Shown: positions 63,166-64,000 of the stretch, piece after piece
Position numbering within the stretch: position 1 is the first letter of the stretch
How the letters are laid out: every line of letters starts with the position of its first letter
Origin: an uncultured Alphaproteobacteria bacterium
Lineage (GTDB): Bacteria; Pseudomonadota; Alphaproteobacteria; Rhizobiales; Xanthobacteraceae
Direction of reading: 5' to 3'
DNA length: 64,000 bases
Assembly: GCA_963796195.1 (NCBI GenBank)
Contig: CAWCKS010000005.1
Coordinates: 99,191-163,190, forward strand
Made by a program: the position numbers and the translations under genes
The notes under the pieces: generated by a model
The model's database searches: none
What the model was told of the DNA's origin: nothing
What the model saw: only the letters and a program-made list of their open reading frames with translations

Positions 63166-64000
63166 TCACGCCGCACGCCAGTCGTAGATCCAGTCCTGCC
63201 GTGCCATCAGCCGCGCGCCGCCGAGCAGGCGCATCGTCGAATTGCGCGCGAACGCCATCGGACCGCTCATGTGATAGATGCGGCCGTTCTGTTGCGCGGC
63301 GCGACGGACACGGGCAATGCGCGGCCGGCGCTTGGCGGCGTAGTGGACCAGCGCCGCATCGATATCGGACGGCTCCTGCGCCAGACACTGGCCGAGCACG
63401 GCGGCGTCCTCGATCGCCATCGCCGCACCCTGTGCGGCGAACGGCAGCATGGCGTGCGCGGCGTCGCCAAGCAGTGCAACCGGCCCCTTGGTCCACTCGC
63501 TGGTGGCAACCTCGAACAGGGCCCAGCGCCGCCACTCGTCGACCGCGCCGATCAGCCAACGCGCACTCGGCGGCCAGCGCGACTCCGCAAATAGCCTGGA
63601 CACTTCGAGCGGATTGCCGGGTTCGCTCCAGCCGGGCCGGTTCCATTCGCCGGCGCCGATCGCAACCACGTTGATGCGCTGACCACCGCGCAGGGGATAG
63701 GCGACGAGATGGGCGTCGCGGCCGAGCCAGAGGCGAACGCGCGGCGCGGTGAACTCGCGCGGCAGCGCGCTGGTCGCGACCGTCCCGCGCCAGGCGACGA
63801 AGCCGGAGAATTGCGGCTGCGCTTCGAACGCGCGGCTTCGCACGGTCGACCATACGCCGTCGGCGCCGATCAACGCCTTGGCCTGCTCGTTGAGACGCAT
63901 GACACCGCGCCGCGTCACCACGGTGACGCCCTTGGCATGGACGGCAAAATCCTCGAGTTGCGTGCCGAGCATCAAGGAGATGTCGGGCACTTCGCGCACA
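63166..64000 (-). CDS. FAD-dependent monooxygenase (salicylate/3-hydroxybenzoate hydroxylase-like), C-terminal part; continues beyond the window
   Basis: FAD_binding_3 motifs LLGDAAHAMLPFAAQGAAMAIEDAAVL. No start codon within the window. Confidence 0.7.
   Translation of the reverse strand, partial: VREVPDISLMLGTQLEDFAVHAKGVTVVTRRGVMRLNEQAKALIGADGVWSTVRSRAFEAQPQFSGFVAWRGTVATSALPREFTAPRVRLWLGRDAHLVAYPLRGGQRINVVAIGAGEWNRPGWSEPGNPLEVSRLFAESRWPPSARWLIGAVDEWRRWALFEVATSEWTKGPVALLGDAAHAMLPFAAQGAAMAIEDAAVLGQCLAQEPSDIDAALVHYAAKRRPRIARVRRAAQQNGRIYHMSGPMAFARNSTMRLLGGARLMARQDWIYDWRAA

Overview
This is a high-GC (~64%) alphaproteobacterial chromosomal segment of Bradyrhizobium/Nitrobacteraceae type, with the typical REP hairpins, small GIY-YIG ORFs and multi-copy groESL. 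It is densely coding, mostly housekeeping and accessory metabolism. Contents, in order: the tail of a CO-dehydrogenase/xanthine-dehydrogenase-family maturation cluster (CoxE VWA protein, split XdhC, MoeA-like/MocA fusion); a TetR-HlyD-ABC-2 efflux operon with a perfect operator palindrome; an M81 (MlrC-like) peptidase with a 5-gene peptide ABC transporter and ornithine cyclodeaminase; a lower-GC patatin-like phospholipase / GT2 / MFS trio; an SPFH protein followed by an orphan Flp pilin and an OMP gene that are bracketed by a ghost copy of the SPFH 3' end; a groES-groEL operon with a CIRCE operator; a split TPP-dependent decarboxylase (ComDE-like); two SDR genes each preceded by an identical 49-bp nested palindrome; a complete Anbu operon (cpATP-grasp / alpha-E / transglutaminase-like / Anbu proteasome homologue); gpt, hyi and a short MetE; tRNA-Leu(TAA) plus a degenerate tRNA-like element; an MCP with a Cache protein. 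At least 18 genes, including groEL, a patatin gene, flp and three transporter genes, carry one or more frameshifts, many in non-homopolymer context; this indicates either indel-rich assembly or genuine pseudogenisation. No transposase, integrase or CRISPR was seen.
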